Assembly (NCBI GenBank): GCA_964016885.1
Contig: OZ024752.1
Location: 40,424,001-40,488,000 of the forward strand
Length of the DNA: 64,000 nucleotides
DNA from: Eledone cirrhosa
Taxonomy: Eukaryota
Direction: 5' to 3'
The notes beneath the pieces are model-generated. The model made no database searches. It had not been told where the DNA came from and was given only the letters and a program-made list of their open reading frames with translations. Positions within the stretch are counted from its first letter, which is position 1. Each line of letters begins with the position of its first letter. This document shows, piece by piece, positions 1 through 14,486 of this stretch. A program made the position numbers and the translations under genes.

Positions 1-320
1 TCATCATCATCATCATCATTTTACGTCCGCTTCTCCCTGCTTGCAAGGGTGGGACGGGAACTGATTCTGGCTTGATTTCTACAGCTGGATGCCCTTCCTA
101 ACACCAACCTCATTTACAGTGAGTGCTGGGTGCTTTTTTGCCGTGGCACCTACACGACCACTTTGCAGTCCCTATCATCTCATTTCTACAGCTGAGTAAA
201 CTGGAGCAATGTGAAATAAAGTGTCTTGCTCAAGGAAACAACACATCACCCGGTCTGAGAATTGAACTCACAACCTTTCGATTGCAAGCCCAATGCTCTA
301 ACCACTAAGCCATGTGCCTC
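1..320 (-). mobile_element. tRNA-headed SINE, family B (CORE-like body, RTE-type 3' tail with (GAT)n)
   Basis: Reverse complement reads GGCACATGGCTTAGTGGTTAG (A box), GAGTTCAATTC (B box), CCTTGAGCAAGACACTT (CORE-like), then GGACGTAAAATGATGATG. Near-identical copies occur elsewhere in the window. Confidence 0.85.
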
Positions 321-654
321 CAAATAAATGTATCATTGATACGTTTACTCAACGGATGTCCAACTACATATTTTTCTATATATATATATATATCTATCTC
401 TATCTATTTCCTCTCTCTATATATATCTCTCTCTGGTTCTTTACATGAAGTTCTTCTCTTTATCTATCTTTCCATCTCTCTATTTTGTTCCATGCATTTC
501 TTCTTTTTCTTCTTTTTCTTCGTTTTCTGTCTTTCTTTTTTCTCTCTTTCTTTCTTTCTGTTTACAATTTTTTCACTGCCAATTCAACTTTTCAAATACA
601 AGTCGATGTTATACGGTATGTCAAATCTATTTATCTATAAAACTGTTTATATTG

Positions 655-720
655 TATTTTGTCTGAGGAAGGCATATCATATTGTTAATATGATATCCCT
701 GAAATATATATAACGAAATA
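655..720 (+). ncRNA. Type I hammerhead ribozyme, family 1 (PLE-type, palindromic stem III)
   Basis: Stem I tattttgt/acgaaata; core CTGAGGA 663-669; stem II agg...cct enclosing an atatcatatt/aatatgatat hairpin; GAAA 701-704; self-complementary stem III atatatat; predicted AUA cleavage after 712. Confidence 0.8.
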
Positions 721-773
721 AATATGGTTTTATAAATATAGTTTCCATTTATTTAATATCGTATATATATATA

Positions 774-1458
774 TCATCATCATCATCATCATCAGGATTA
801 GCATCCGTGTTCCACGCTTGCATGGGTTTGGACGGGGGTTTTCCCACTTGAGGCAAGAGTGGTTGTCTTGCTCGCATAGGACTGTCTGGCGGGTTTTCTA
901 CAGCTGGATGCCCTTCCTAACACCAACCACATTTACAGTGTGGGGCTGGGAGGTTTTTACCGTGTTGCCTACACGGCCACATTACAGCGTGGACTGTCTG
1001 GCGGGTTTTCTACAGCTGGATGCTCTTCCTAACACCAACCACATTTACAGTGTGGGGCTGGGAGGTTTTTACCGTGTTGCCTACACGGCCACATTACAGC
1101 GTGGACTGTCTGGCGGGTTTTCTACAGCTGGATGCCCTTCCTAACACCAACCACATTTACAGTGTGGGGCTGGGAGGTTTTTACCGTGTTGCCTACACGG
1201 CCACATTACAGCGTGGACTGTCTGGCGGGTTTTCTACAGCTGGATGCCCTTCCTAACACCAACCACATTTACAGTGTGGGGCTGGAAGGTTTTTACCGTG
1301 TTGCCTACACGGCCACATTACAGCGTGGACTGTCTGGCAGGTTTTCTACAGCTGGATACCCTTCCTAACACCAACCACATTTACAGTGTGGGGCTGGGAG
1401 GTTTTTACCGTGTTGCCTACACGGCCACATTTACAGCGTGGACTGTGTGTTTTTTTGT
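774..1458 (-). mobile_element. RTE-tailed non-autonomous element, family C, with internal 112-bp tandem array (~5 units)
   Basis: (CAT)n end at 774-793. The 112-bp period matches ORF starts at 1020, 1132 and 1244. Relatives at 24656, 25811, 34233 and 57400. Confidence 0.8.
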
Positions 1459-1659
1459 CATATATATATATATATATATATATATAAATTGTTGATGTTA
1501 TTTGATACTAAATACTAGATATTAGAGGTTATCAAGTAGTAAATGTGAGATAAACAATAGGATAACTTAGTACATTAAATGATAATGGTTTTGGTTATCT
1601 AGTAGACATGTGATATAGTCGCTTGATGGTAGTCAGGGGTTGTCTAAGTAAAATAAAAG

Positions 1660-1990
1660 GGTTAGCTGAAATGTTCATAGGCTGACCAAGATACTCTCAT
1701 GGAATGACCAAATGAGGTTTATTTTTTAACATAGTTCCTGGAAAGAAACAATGCAGTTATTAATAAGAAGAGTTGAAATTAATGCAAGATTTCACAGCTC
1801 TAATATCACTCCGTTATAGGCTGATGAAGAATGACCAAATGAGGTTTATTTTTTAACATAGTTCCTGGAAAGAAACAATGCAGTTATTAATAAGAAGAGT
1901 TGAAATTAATGCAAGATTTCACAGCTCTAATATCACTCCTTTATAGGCTGATGAAGAATGACCAAATGAGGTTTATTTTTCAACATAGTC
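1660..1990. mobile_element. Mariner-like MITE fragment with internal duplication
   Basis: gctgaaatgttcataggctgaccaagatactctcatggaatgacc matches the family at 19463, 35830-36000, 36505-37220 and 44182-44520. Confidence 0.6.
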
Positions 1991-2041
1991 TCTGGGTAAC
2001 TCTGTATTGTTTCAACCAGTTCCTAAGTTTTTTTATGGCTG

Positions 2042-2210
2042 AAATATAGGACAGGTTTATGGTGTAGATATAGGACAGATTTATAGTGTAGATATAGGAC
2101 AGATTTATAGTGTAGATATAGGACAGATTTATAGTGTAGATATAGGACAGATTTATAGTGTAGATGTAGGAAAAATTTATAGTGTAGATGTGGGGCAGAT
2201 GTATGGTTTA
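2042..2210. repeat. 24-bp minisatellite (gatataggacagatttatagtgta)
   Basis: About 7 visible tandem units. Confidence 0.85.
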
Positions 2211-2375
2211 GTATCTTCCAAGATTGATGAGGGAAAGAGGAGGAAGAAACCCTGATTCATGGTTTGTTGCTATAGGAAACCGTGCATAAAGAGATATCTG
2301 GTCTGAATACTTGCTATAGTGGACACTAGGATTAATGGCACAGTGGTTTTAAATCAGGTGACATTATGTCCAAGA

Positions 2376-2524
2376 TGCTTTGACGCATAGAGTTACGGCC
2401 CTTGCCATTCTGAGTTCAAATCTCGCCGAGGTTGACTTTGCCTTTCATCCTTACGGGGTCGATAAAATAAAGTACCAGTAATACACTGGGTAATTGCTGG
2501 CCTTGTGCCTAACGTAGAAACAAT
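2376..2524 (+). mobile_element. 5'-truncated tRNA-headed SINE, family A, with target-site duplication
   Basis: B box GAGTTCAAATC; body gcctttcatccttacggggtcgataaaataaagtaccag; tail gtagaaacaatt; flanked by the direct repeat attatgtccaagat. Confidence 0.85.
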
Positions 2525-2753
2525 TATGTCCAAGATACATTACCACATTTTAATGTAATACTTGGGAAAATTTATTTACAGTAGTAAATTGATGTTTATA
2601 TAAGTTAAAAACATTCAACAGACATGCCACTCCCTTATACTATAGTTAATAGTAACAGGATATACTTATGGCTTGAATTATTTTCTTTTGTAATGCACTG
2701 GGTAATTGCTGGCCTTGTGCCTAAAGTAGAAACAATTATTTTCTTTTGTCAAG

Positions 2754-2821
2754 GATTCATCTTGACAAAAGAGGAGGAGGAGGCGATCATGCAGTGTTCA
2801 AGTGTTGATAACTTGAAATGA
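2754..2821 (+). CDS. Possible terminal coding exon (FILTKEEEEAIMQCSSVDNLK*), product unknown
   Basis: Pyrimidine tract ttttcttttgtcaag precedes a unique, protein-like frame ending in TGA, followed by unique UTR-like sequence. No upstream exon or homology recognised. Confidence 0.2.
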
Positions 2822-3287
2822 CTTGAACCAGATATCAATCTAGATTACAGACTTTGTTTGATTATTATTGCCTGAGACTCTGTCTCAGGTTGTTGTCATT
2901 TGCCTGAACAAGATCAGAGATCAGTGATCAGTTTCCAAGGCCTACCATGTGGGGGTCAACAAAATTGGGCCCTGAAAAAAGTGGAAATGATTACGACTGG
3001 AATGCTTTTGACAACAAAATGATAAATTAATAGTTATAGTTTTCTAACAAGTATCTTAGAGTTTAAAACGCCACTGCAATTGACCATGACTCTTCAAACT
3101 CATAAAGAAGCACTTGAAAGGTCAAAAGCTTCTTTTGAATTGTACATTTTTCTTGCTAGCTATTTCATCTTACGATCAACCACAACAAGATTAGAACAGT
3201 TTTGAAAGATTTCACTATTAAAACAAAACACGATGACAGACAACATTCTTTGTAGATATGTATATATACAAACATTATATATATATC

Positions 3288-3338
3288 AGATTCCTGATGA
3301 TTTCTAAAGAATGAAACAGTTCTAGTCCTGTAGAATCT
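3288..3338 (+). ncRNA. Type I hammerhead ribozyme, family 2
   Basis: Stem I agattc/gaatct; CTGATGA 3294-3300; short stem II ttct/agaa closed by U-U; GAAA 3313-3316; stem III cag/ctg; predicted GUA cleavage after 3332. Confidence 0.78.
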
Positions 3339-3533
3339 CATCTATATTAAAAAAATTTGTATACTCTGCTATGTATTGAGTACCTTACTTACTGTGGTTA
3401 CCGCCGATTCAACGCGGAATAACTTACCTATATATATATATATGTATATAAATTTCTTCTTCTGACCCCTGACCAATTCTTCCTGCCTAGTTATTCCTGT
3501 TTTTCCTGGTACCATATATATATATATATATAT

Positions 3534-3830
3534 CATCATCATCATCATTTTACGTCCGCTTTTCCCTGCTTGCAAGGGTGGGACGGGAACTGATTCTGGC
3601 TTGATTTCTACAGCTGGATGCCCTTCCTAACACCAACCTCATTTACAGTGAGTGCTGGGTGCTTTTTTGCCGTGGCACCTCCACGACCACTTTGCAGTGG
3701 AATGATAGGGACCCCAGTCCCTATCATCTCATTTCTACAGCTGAGTAAACTGGAGCAATGTGAAATAAAGTGTCTTGCTCAAGGAAACAACACATCACCC
3801 GGTCTGAGAATTGAACTCACAACCTTTCGA
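3534..3830 (-). mobile_element. SINE family B, 5'-truncated
   Basis: Same sequence as 32122-32472, ending inside the tRNA-like head. Confidence 0.85.
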
Positions 3831-3964
3831 TGGTTGAATTTTACTTGTTCTGCTTATCTTGATATTAAGATCTGGTATATCAAATTATTACCATAGAACC
3901 ACCTTGAATCATAGACAACCTATGTATTTCTGGGGGTACCTTGTACCCTCAGATATATTAACTT

Positions 3965-4008
<44 letters not shown>

Positions 4009-4039
4009 TATATTATATTCATTTTATTATAGAAATGAC

Positions 4040-5075
4040 TTGTACAGGACTAGAGAGAGACTAGCCAAGTACATGGATGTTATCTAACCATCTTGCTTGG
4101 GGTCTACCCCTGGGTCTCCTGCCGGTTAGTTTTGCCCATAAAATCTGTCTGACGATTCTTTCCTGAGACATTCTAACCACATGTCTATAGTATCGGAGCT
4201 GTGATCTCTCAATTCGGAGAAGTAGCAGCTCTACCTGGAGTGACTCTCTGATTTCAGAGCTACAGATCTGTCCAGCGATTCCTTCCTGAGACATTCTAAC
4301 CACAAGTCTATAGTATCGGAGCTGTGATCTCTCAATTCAGAGAAGTAGCAGCTCTACCTGGAGTGACTCTCTGATCTCCGAGCTACAAATCTGTCCAGCG
4401 ATTCTTTCCTGAGACATTCTAACCACATGTCTATAGTATCGGAGCTGTGATCTCTCAATTCAGAGAAGTAGCAGCTCTACCTGGAGTGACTCTCTGATTT
4501 CAGAGCTACAAATCTGTCCAGCGATTCTTTCCTAAGACATTCTAACCACATGTCCATAGTATCGGAACTGTAATCTCTCAATTCGGAGAAGTAGCAGCTC
4601 TACCTGGAGTGACTCTCTGATTTCAGAGCTACAGATCTGTCCAGTAATTCTTTCCTGAGACATTCTAACCGCATGTCTATAGTATCGGAGCTGTAATCTC
4701 TCAATTCGGAGAAGTAGCAGCTCTACCTGGAGTGACTCTCTGATTTCAGAGCTACAAATCTGTCCAGCGATTCTTTCCTGAGACATTCTAACCACATGTC
4801 TATAGTATCAGAGCTGTAATCTCTCAATTCGGAGAAGTAGCAGCTCTACCTGGAGTGACTCTCTGATTTCAGAGCTACAGATCTGTCCAGCGATTCTTTC
4901 CTGAGACATTCTAACCACATGTCTATAGTATCGGAGCTGTGATCTCTCAATTCGGAGAAGTAGCAGCTCTACCTGGAGTGACCCTCTGATCTCTAAGCTA
5001 CGCACTTTATCGAGTAATGTTATTCCAAACACCTTTCTGAGGAACCCCATTTCGGTCACTTTTATTCGGGATTGT
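4040..5075 (-). mobile_element. RTE-clade LINE 3' ORF fragment with in-frame 123-bp tandem amplification (~7 units)
   Basis: Translation TEMGFLRKVFGITLLDKVRS...IERSQLRYYRHVVRM...GRRPRGRPQARWLDNI is a typical RTE C-terminus. ctctcaattc recurs every 123 bp. Confidence 0.85.
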
Positions 5076-5353
5076 ATTTTATCCTATCATTTAAATTCAG
5101 TTACATGTTGAATTTAGTTTTATCACTCTCGTTTCTTAGTTTTACTCCCCCCCCCCTCTCTCTCTGCTACCTTTGTCACTCTCATACCTAACTTTATTCT
5201 TTTTATAGTACACAATATCACCCCCTACTCTTGAACACTCTTTGCTATTCTTACTCTTTCAGTCTTTTTTTTTTTTTACTATTTCTTTCTTTCTTTCCTT
5301 TAAACTCTTTCTGTTTGGATATCTATCTATCTACCTCTCTATCTATCTACCTC

Positions 5354-5385
<32 letters not shown>

Positions 5386-5454
5386 CTTCTCTATCATATC
5401 TATTTCTCTAGCTACTTCTCTATCTATCTATCTATCTATTTCTCTAGCTACTTC

Positions 5455-5533
<79 letters not shown>

Positions 5534-5534
<1 letters not shown>

Positions 5535-6021
5535 ACGAAGGAGAGGCGGTTTTCCTTTGTGTGATAGCTATGGCGAAAGAGGTTGTATGGTGGACAAGGT
5601 TGAAAGGGCTGAGGTCAGACACCTTTCTCTCCGGCCAACAACTGATTCTTTTTTTCAAATACCACTTTGGAAGAAGAATCAGGATGGAGAGAGAGGTGCT
5701 GTACCCCAGCAAGTTTTATGAAAGGTGGGTGAAAGTGGCGAGAATGGCCCGAGTGAATGGGCCTTCTCTCTATATCAGCCTGTAGATTGAGGAAAAGGAG
5801 GAGGAGAGGAAAGGAGTACAAACTCTTCGTACTCCTGGAGATGAGGGTTGCACATTTTTTCGGGGGTATGTGTTACCCATATGAACTGTCTCCCCCTATT
5901 GAGGAAAATCGACTAATTTTTTAAATTACATTTGTGATAACATTTTACACGCTTTTATTGTATGTAAATTCCCCCTTTGTATTTGTCCCCTTCTTTTGTG
6001 CCCCTGTGGCTAATAAAGAAA
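5534..6021 (+). mobile_element. Tx1/L1-clade LINE 3' fragment in (TATC)n
   Basis: AMAKEVVWWTRLKG...FFKYHFGRRIRMERE...FYERW resembles an L1/Tx1 ORF2 C-terminus. The 3' UTR ends aataaagaaa next to TATC repeats. Confidence 0.65.
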
Positions 6022-6059
6022 CATATCTATCTATATCTATCTGTCATCTATCTATCTAT

Positions 6060-6333
6060 CTTCTCTGTATATAAACCTGTAGGTTGAGGAAGATAAACAG
6101 ATGGAAGACAGGAACCCCTACAAAACGTGTTCCTGGTGTTGAGGGTTGTTCTATCCAACAACCCTGCAGTAACGTTCCCCCCTATTGGGGATTTCAATTG
6201 TTATTTTATTATCTATAGTTTATTGTTATTTATTAATGTTAAAGTTATTTTTATGTACCCCGCCGCCCGCTGTCGCCCGCCGTCGCGTCTTGTAATGTCC
6301 CATTTTTGTACGCCCCTGTGGCAAATAAAGAAA
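6060..6333 (+). mobile_element. Shorter Tx1/L1-like 3' fragment in (TATC)n
   Basis: Shares cctgtag, gttgagggttg, ccccctattgggga and tgtggcaaataaaga with the flanking copies. Confidence 0.55.
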
Positions 6334-6335
6334 GA

Positions 6336-6397
<62 letters not shown>

Positions 6398-6412
6398 CCT
6401 ATCTATCTAACT

Positions 6413-6907
6413 ATCCTCTTTCAAAAACGAAAGAGAGGCGGTTTTCCTCTGTACAGTGGCTATGGTGAAAGAAGTTATATGGTGGACGAGGTTGAGAGGA
6501 CTGAGGACAGATGCCTTTCTCTCCGGACAACAACTCATTCCCTTCTTTAAGTATCACTTTAGAAGGAGAATCAGGGTGGAGAGAGAGAGAGGCACTGCAC
6601 CCCAGTAAATTTACTGAAAGGTGGGTGAATGAAGCGAAAATGGCCCGAGTGATTGGGCCTTCTCTGTTTATAAGCCTGTAGGTTAAAGAAGAGAGCAAAA
6701 GGAAGAAGGGAGCACTTGCACAACACGCTCTTGGAGTTGAGGGTTGTTCTATCGACAGGGTATTAAACAAGGTGCTTTCCCCCTATTGGGGATTTCGATT
6801 GTTATAATTGTTTGTTTTATATTTTTTACGCGACTGTATGTAAAATCCCCGGCATGTGTCTTTGTATTGTCCCCTTATCTTGTGCGCCCTTGTGGCAAAT
6901 AAAGAAA
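6413..6907 (+). mobile_element. Tx1/L1-clade LINE 3' fragment in (TATC)n
   Basis: Diverged paralog of 5534-6021, ending aataaagaaa followed by tctatctatc. Confidence 0.65.
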
Positions 6908-7159
6908 TCTATCTATCTACCTCCCTCCCTGTCTATCTAACTATATATCCCTCTATCCACCCTTCTTTCTTACATATGTTTGTCCCCTCCCCCCCGAACC
7001 CTCTCTATTTTTCTGCTTTCTTTATCCCTCAGCTTTCTTATTCTCCTTCCCCATATCATTTATTTTAGGGCTTAAATTTTCCTGCCCCTGGCCACTAATA
7101 AAATCTCAGCAGATCACCCCCCCACCCATATTTAGTTTATCTCTTCATCACCCCCCCCC

Positions 7160-8315
7160 CATTCTCTCTCTCTCTCACACTCTCTGCCTCTGACTCTCTA
7201 TCTGTCTCTCACCCTCTCTCTCTCACACCCACCCAGCCCGTCTCTCTGTCTGTTTCTCCCTCTCTCTCTCACATATAACACACCCTCTCTCTCTCTCTCT
7301 CTCACACATAAACAGACCCCCTCTCTCTCTCTCCCTGTCCCTGTCTCTCCCTCTCTCTCCCTGTCTCTATGTCTCACTCCCTCTCCCTGTCTCTCTCTCT
7401 CTCACTCCCTCTCCCTGTCCATGTCTCTGTCCCTGTCTCTCTCTCTCACACTCTCTCTGCCTCTGACTCTCTCTCTCTATCTGTCTCTCACCCTCTCTCT
7501 CTCACACCCACCCAGCCCATCTCTCTGTCTGTTTCTCCCTCTCTCTCACATACACACCCTCTCTCTCTCTCACATATAACACACCCTCTCTCTCTGTCTC
7601 TCTCTCTTTCTTTCTCTCTCACACACAAACAGACCCTCTCTCTCTCTCTGTCTCTCTCTCTCACTCCCTGTCTCTCTCTCTCACTCCATCTCTCTCTCAC
7701 TCCCTCTCCCTCTCTCTCTCACTCCCTCTCCCTGTCTCTCTCACTCCCTCTCCCTGTCTCTCTCTCTCTCACTCCCTGTCCCTGTCTCTCTGTCTCTCTC
7801 TCACTCCCTGTCCATGTCTCTCTCCCTCTCCTTGTCCCTGTCTCTCTCTCACTCCCTCTCTCTCTCACTCCCTCTCCCTCTCTACTCCCTCTCCCTGTCT
7901 CTCTCTCTCTCACTCCCTCTCCCTGTCTCTCTCTCTCTCACTCCCTGTCCCTGTCTCTCTGTCTCTCTCTCACTCCCTGTCCATGTCTCTCTCCCTCTCC
8001 TTGTCCCTGTCTCTCTCTCACTCCTTCTCCCTGTCCATGTCTCTCTCTCACTCCTTCTCCCTGTCCATGTCTCTCTCCCTCTCCCTGTCCCTGTCTCTCT
8101 CTCTCTCTCCCTCTCCCTGTCCCTCTCTCTCTCTCTCTCTCACTCCTTCTCCCTGTCTCTCTCCCTCTCCTTGTCCTTGTCTCTCTCTCACTCCTCCCTG
8201 TCCATGTCTCTCTCTCTCTCTCCTTGTCCCTGTCTCTCTCTCTCACTCCCTCTCCCTGTCCATGTCCCTGTCTCTCTCCCACTCCCCCCATCTCCCTCTC
8301 TCCCCCTCTGTCCCT
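7160..8315. repeat. Compound CT-rich low-complexity array
   Basis: Mixed ctct, ccctgt and ctcact units. Confidence 0.9.
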
Positions 8316-8544
8316 AGGTCGTACCCCCATCAGTACCCCCAAGTGCCAGTATGGGTGACAATGTAGTAATTCTCTCATAAAACTCACACAGTAGCAGCTC
8401 TGTTGATCTTTACTTTGCAATACAACCCCTCCTATGTGGTGGTGGTGGTAGTGGTGGTGTGGTGGTGGTGTGGTGGTGTGGTGGGGGGGAGTTCGGCCAA
8501 GTCAGTCATTTAACTACTACAAGTGGGTTGGTTTAATTGCTATC

Positions 8545-8561
8545 TATCTCTCTCTATATAT

Positions 8562-8611
<50 letters not shown>

Positions 8612-8636
8612 GAGACGTATAGAGATTGTTTTAGCA

Positions 8637-8667
<31 letters not shown>

Positions 8668-8697
8668 ATATACATATATATATATAGTATTAAGCAG

Positions 8698-8745
<48 letters not shown>

Positions 8746-8758
8746 ATATAATATAAAC

Positions 8759-8789
<31 letters not shown>

Positions 8790-8835
8790 AAGATATAAAC
8801 ATATAATATAAACATATATATATATATATATACAA

Positions 8836-8868
<33 letters not shown>

Positions 8869-8960
8869 CATATATATATAGGAGTAAGTTCGGCCAAGTC
8901 AGTCATTTAACAACCTACTACAAGTAGGTTGGTTTAATTGCTATCTATCCCTCTATATAT

Positions 8961-9030
<70 letters not shown>

Positions 9031-9091
9031 ATATATATATATTGTTATACTTTGGGAGGGTCATGTTGCCAATATATATATATATATATAT

Positions 9092-9146
<55 letters not shown>

Positions 9147-9374
9147 ATACATATATATATATATATATAAACATATATAATATTAAGGATACTATTTATG
9201 GTTATGTATATACTAAAACTTTTTATAGTTATATATATTTTAAACCCTAAACAGTGAAGGTCAGTAATTTATTACTACCTTATTACCAGTAAGATAAATA
9301 GCTCAATGTAATAACATCAGTTACTCTACAGAGCAGTTATATAGAATATATATATATATATATATATAAATATA

Positions 9375-9442
<68 letters not shown>

Positions 9443-9511
9443 TACATATATATATATATGTAAACATACATATATATATATATGTAAACATACATATCTA
9501 TATATATATAA

Positions 9512-9558
<47 letters not shown>

Positions 9559-9727
9559 CATATATATATAAACATACATATATATATATATATAAACATA
9601 CATATATATATATATATAAACATACATATATATATATATATAAACATACATACATATATATATATATTTATTAAAATAACAGATTAAAGTTTAAGCAAAG
9701 AATCGCTGCTTTCACCCTTTAAATATA

Positions 9728-9768
<41 letters not shown>

Positions 9769-9958
9769 CATACAGATATATATATATATAAACATACAGA
9801 TATATATATAAATATAAACATATATATAAATATAAACATACATATATATATAAATATAAACATATATATATAAATATAAACATATATATATATATATATA
9901 TATGTTTAGTTTTAAATATATAAATATATTTAGTTTTATCTATTACACACACACACAG

Positions 9959-9990
<32 letters not shown>

Positions 9991-10030
9991 ACACACAAAC
10001 TCACACTCTCTCTCTGTATATATATATATT
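8545..10030. repeat. (TA)n/(TACA)n microsatellite field with short repeat fragments
   Basis: Seen directly. The segment 9180-9290 recurs at 59671-59770, and 8490-8545 recurs at about 8888-8950. Confidence 0.85.
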
Positions 10031-10214
10031 TATTTTCTCAGGCTACCGAACTTTAGCTTCTTTCACTTTGTAACGTGGAACCACTTCCATAAACTCCATC
10101 ACTCGTGTTAGAATATAATACAGCGTTGCTAGGCGATGGACGGACTGATGGACGAGATTGGATTTATCGCCAACAAATTACTTTCTACAGACCGCAGTCC
10201 TTCTAGTTAAAACC

Positions 10215-11300
10215 GAACACACACACACACACACACACCACACCACACCGCACACACCACACCTCACACACCACACCACATCTCAACACACACACCACAC
10301 CACACTACACACCACAGACCACACCACAGACCACACCACAGACCACACCACACCACACCACACACACCACACCATACACACCTCACCACACACCACACAC
10401 ACACACACCACACCACATCACACCACACCACACCACACCACACCACACCACACCACACCTCACCACATAACACCACACCACACCACACCACACCACACCA
10501 CACTACACACACCACACCACAGACCACACCACACACCACACCACACACACACTACACCACACACCACACCACACCACACCACACCACACCACACCACACA
10601 ACATCACACCACACCCCACCACACCACACCTCACCACACCACACCACACACTCCACACCTCACACACACTACACCACACACCACACACCACACCACACAC
10701 ACCACACCTCACACACCACACCTCACACACACCACACCTCACACACCACACCTCACACACCACACCTCACACACACACACACTACACCACACACCACACC
10801 ACACACAACACCACACACCACACACACCACACACCGCACACCACACCACACCACACCACACACACAGATTTAGCGGCAACAAATTACTTTCTACAGACCA
10901 CAGTCCTTCTGGTTAAAACCGAACACACACACACCACACCACACCGCACCTCACCACACCACACCACACCACACCACACACACCACACCACACCTCACCA
11001 CACCACACCACACCACACCACACCACACCACACCACACCACACCACACCACACCACACCACACCACACCACACCACACCACACCACACCACACCACACCA
11101 CACCACACCACACCACACCACACCACACCACACCACACCACACCACACCACACCACACCACACCACACCACACCACACCACACCACACCACACCACACCA
11201 CACCACACCACACCACACCACACCACACCACACCACACCACACCACACCACACCACACCACACCACACCACACCACACACACACACACACACACACACAC
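10215..11300. repeat. (CACCA)n pentanucleotide array in two duplicated blocks
   Basis: A near-pure CACCA run at about 10995-11275. The leader caacaaattactttctacagacc occurs at about 10171 and again at about 10877. Confidence 0.9.
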
Positions 11301-11868
11301 ACCACATACACACCTTCTCTCTGTTTCTCTCTCTCTCTCTCTCTTTTTCTTTCTATCTCTTTCCCACCCGAGGAAGATCTTGATTCCATGTAAAATGTCG
11401 ACTGTTCACACCGACAGCAATTCCTTCCTCCACGAGGAGTGTTCGATAAATACAAGTGTAGTGGAGAATTCAACGTTTCGGAGTTTTGTCCTTCACCCGA
11501 ATCAGAAAGCGGCGCCGTTGCTTTGATCGCATTACACAAACATATACATGATAAATAGACACAAACTAATATACATCCTACTATATATATATATATGTGT
11601 GTGTCTACCCCGTACCTATTGAGTACGCTGAGATACAACCGGTCCTAGCAGTGATACCCATGCTAGTTCCGTCGGTCGATAAAATAAAGTACCAGTAATG
11701 TACTGAGTAATTGCTGGCCTTGTGCCAATAGTAGAAACAATTATATATACTTTGCATACATTCAATATATTTATATATATACAGTATATGTGGTTAAACT
11801 TTGGAAAATTTAATGTGAAATGTACATTCATTCATTCACACAGATTTTCTCACGCTAGTCATTAATGC

Positions 11869-11920
<52 letters not shown>

Positions 11921-12355
11921 TGTAAAAAGTAAACAGAAATAACAAAGCAAACGACATAGTACAATGAAAAAATACATTAGTTTAACGCTTGACATAATAG
12001 GAAAAGAGACACTAATATAGTTTATATGCTTTGTAACGAATCTTAATTAAATAGGCGTGTGTGGACACATACATACAGTCTATTCATACATATGCACACA
12101 CTTACACACGCACATTTCATGCACACTTGACTGTCACGTTCATACAGTACTTAGTCTCTTCGTTTATACACATTCTAACGCATTCATATATATATACGGA
12201 CTCTGACACGCGTACATATATACATATATACACTAATACAGTCATACACACACACACACACACTAATTCAAGAACATACATACATACACACACACATACA
12301 CACTAATTCAAGAACATACATTCAGACAGAAACACGCACCTAGATAGATGTAAAC

Positions 12356-13180
<825 letters not shown>

Positions 13181-13518
13181 CAAACTCATTAACACCACTG
13201 TCGTACACGTAAAAATGTATACTTTTATTTGTACAGTCTTAAATTAAATTTAAAAAATACGCGCGCACACACACACACACATATATCCATACATACACAC
13301 ACACATATATCCATACATACACACACATATCCGTACATACGCACACATATATCCATACATACGCACACATGTACATGTACACATACACACACACACACAC
13401 ACACATACATTCTCAAACTTATCAAAGCAACAGGTTCATTTCTTTTCCAACACTACTCGTCGTCACGCTGATGAACTACACGACGCTGTTTCTATAACTT
13501 GCTACACAAAAGTAAATA

Positions 13519-13588
<70 letters not shown>

Positions 13589-13788
13589 GAGAGGTATAGA
13601 GATTGTTTTAGCAAGAAGCTAACGGCATTCTATAACATATATGCGACTATAACGTCAAGATGGGAAAAGTAGTTAACGAAAGATTTAGGAAAAATAACTC
13701 AAACTCATCTCAAAAGAGAATCAGGATATAAATTCATCCACAGAATTTAGTAAAATCCAGGGAAAAATCTATAGACCTTTAACTCATG

Positions 13789-13819
<31 letters not shown>

Positions 13820-13828
13820 CATTTAAAT

Positions 13829-13868
13829 CGAGCTGATGATCCGTCTTAGGTGAAACAAATTGTTCTCG
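13829..13868 (+). ncRNA. Minimal type I hammerhead ribozyme, family 3
   Basis: Stem I cgag/ctcg; CTGATGA 13833-13839; stem II cc/gg closed by U-U; GAAA 13852-13855; near-palindromic stem III acaaattgt; predicted GUU cleavage after 13864. Confidence 0.65.
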
Positions 13869-13930
13869 GAAATGGCGAATTAACTGTCGTGGAACTACTT
13901 CTACCAAGCTCGTCCCATGGACTGAGTGCT

Positions 13931-13961
<31 letters not shown>

Positions 13962-13993
13962 GGATATACGTAACCCACCACTGTCCTACTATA

Positions 13994-14040
<47 letters not shown>

Positions 14041-14188
14041 TTATATAAAATCCTTATCGGACCCTTTTCGGATTTTAGTCTTCACGTTTATTATTACTAT
14101 ATACTATATATAATTTTCTTGAGATGTCAACAATGAGTTCAATCGGAGAAGTTTGTTAGTTTCTAAAGTGTGTGATAAATTACACACA

Positions 14189-14222
<34 letters not shown>

Positions 14223-14259
14223 TCATCTCTCTCTCTCTCTCTCTGTCTCTGTTAAGCCT

Positions 14260-14385
14260 ATGGCTTGGATTTATACGAGTAAACCTGAAACACTCTACTA
14301 TTTACAATGTCAAAACCACGAACCAGGTCAACTAATAGTACGCAGACACATCGCAGTAGTTCAGGAAGTACATATTCTATCTCAG
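14260..14385 (+). other. Candidate first exon (ATG at 14260 or 14307, donor CAG|gtatgt)
   Basis: Unique CpG-containing sequence with two frames open to a strong donor (MAWIYTSKPETLYY... or MSKPRTRSTNSTQTHRSSSGSTYSIS). No homology recognised. Confidence 0.25.
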
Positions 14386-14425
14386 GTATGTTAGCCCAAC
14401 CATTTGTACCATGCATGCATGCATG

Positions 14426-14484
<59 letters not shown>

Positions 14485-14486
<2 letters not shown>

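Noticed and set aside
13460-13490. CTGATGA inside a cgtcgt/acgacg hairpin
   Set aside because: No downstream GAAA in the correct position.
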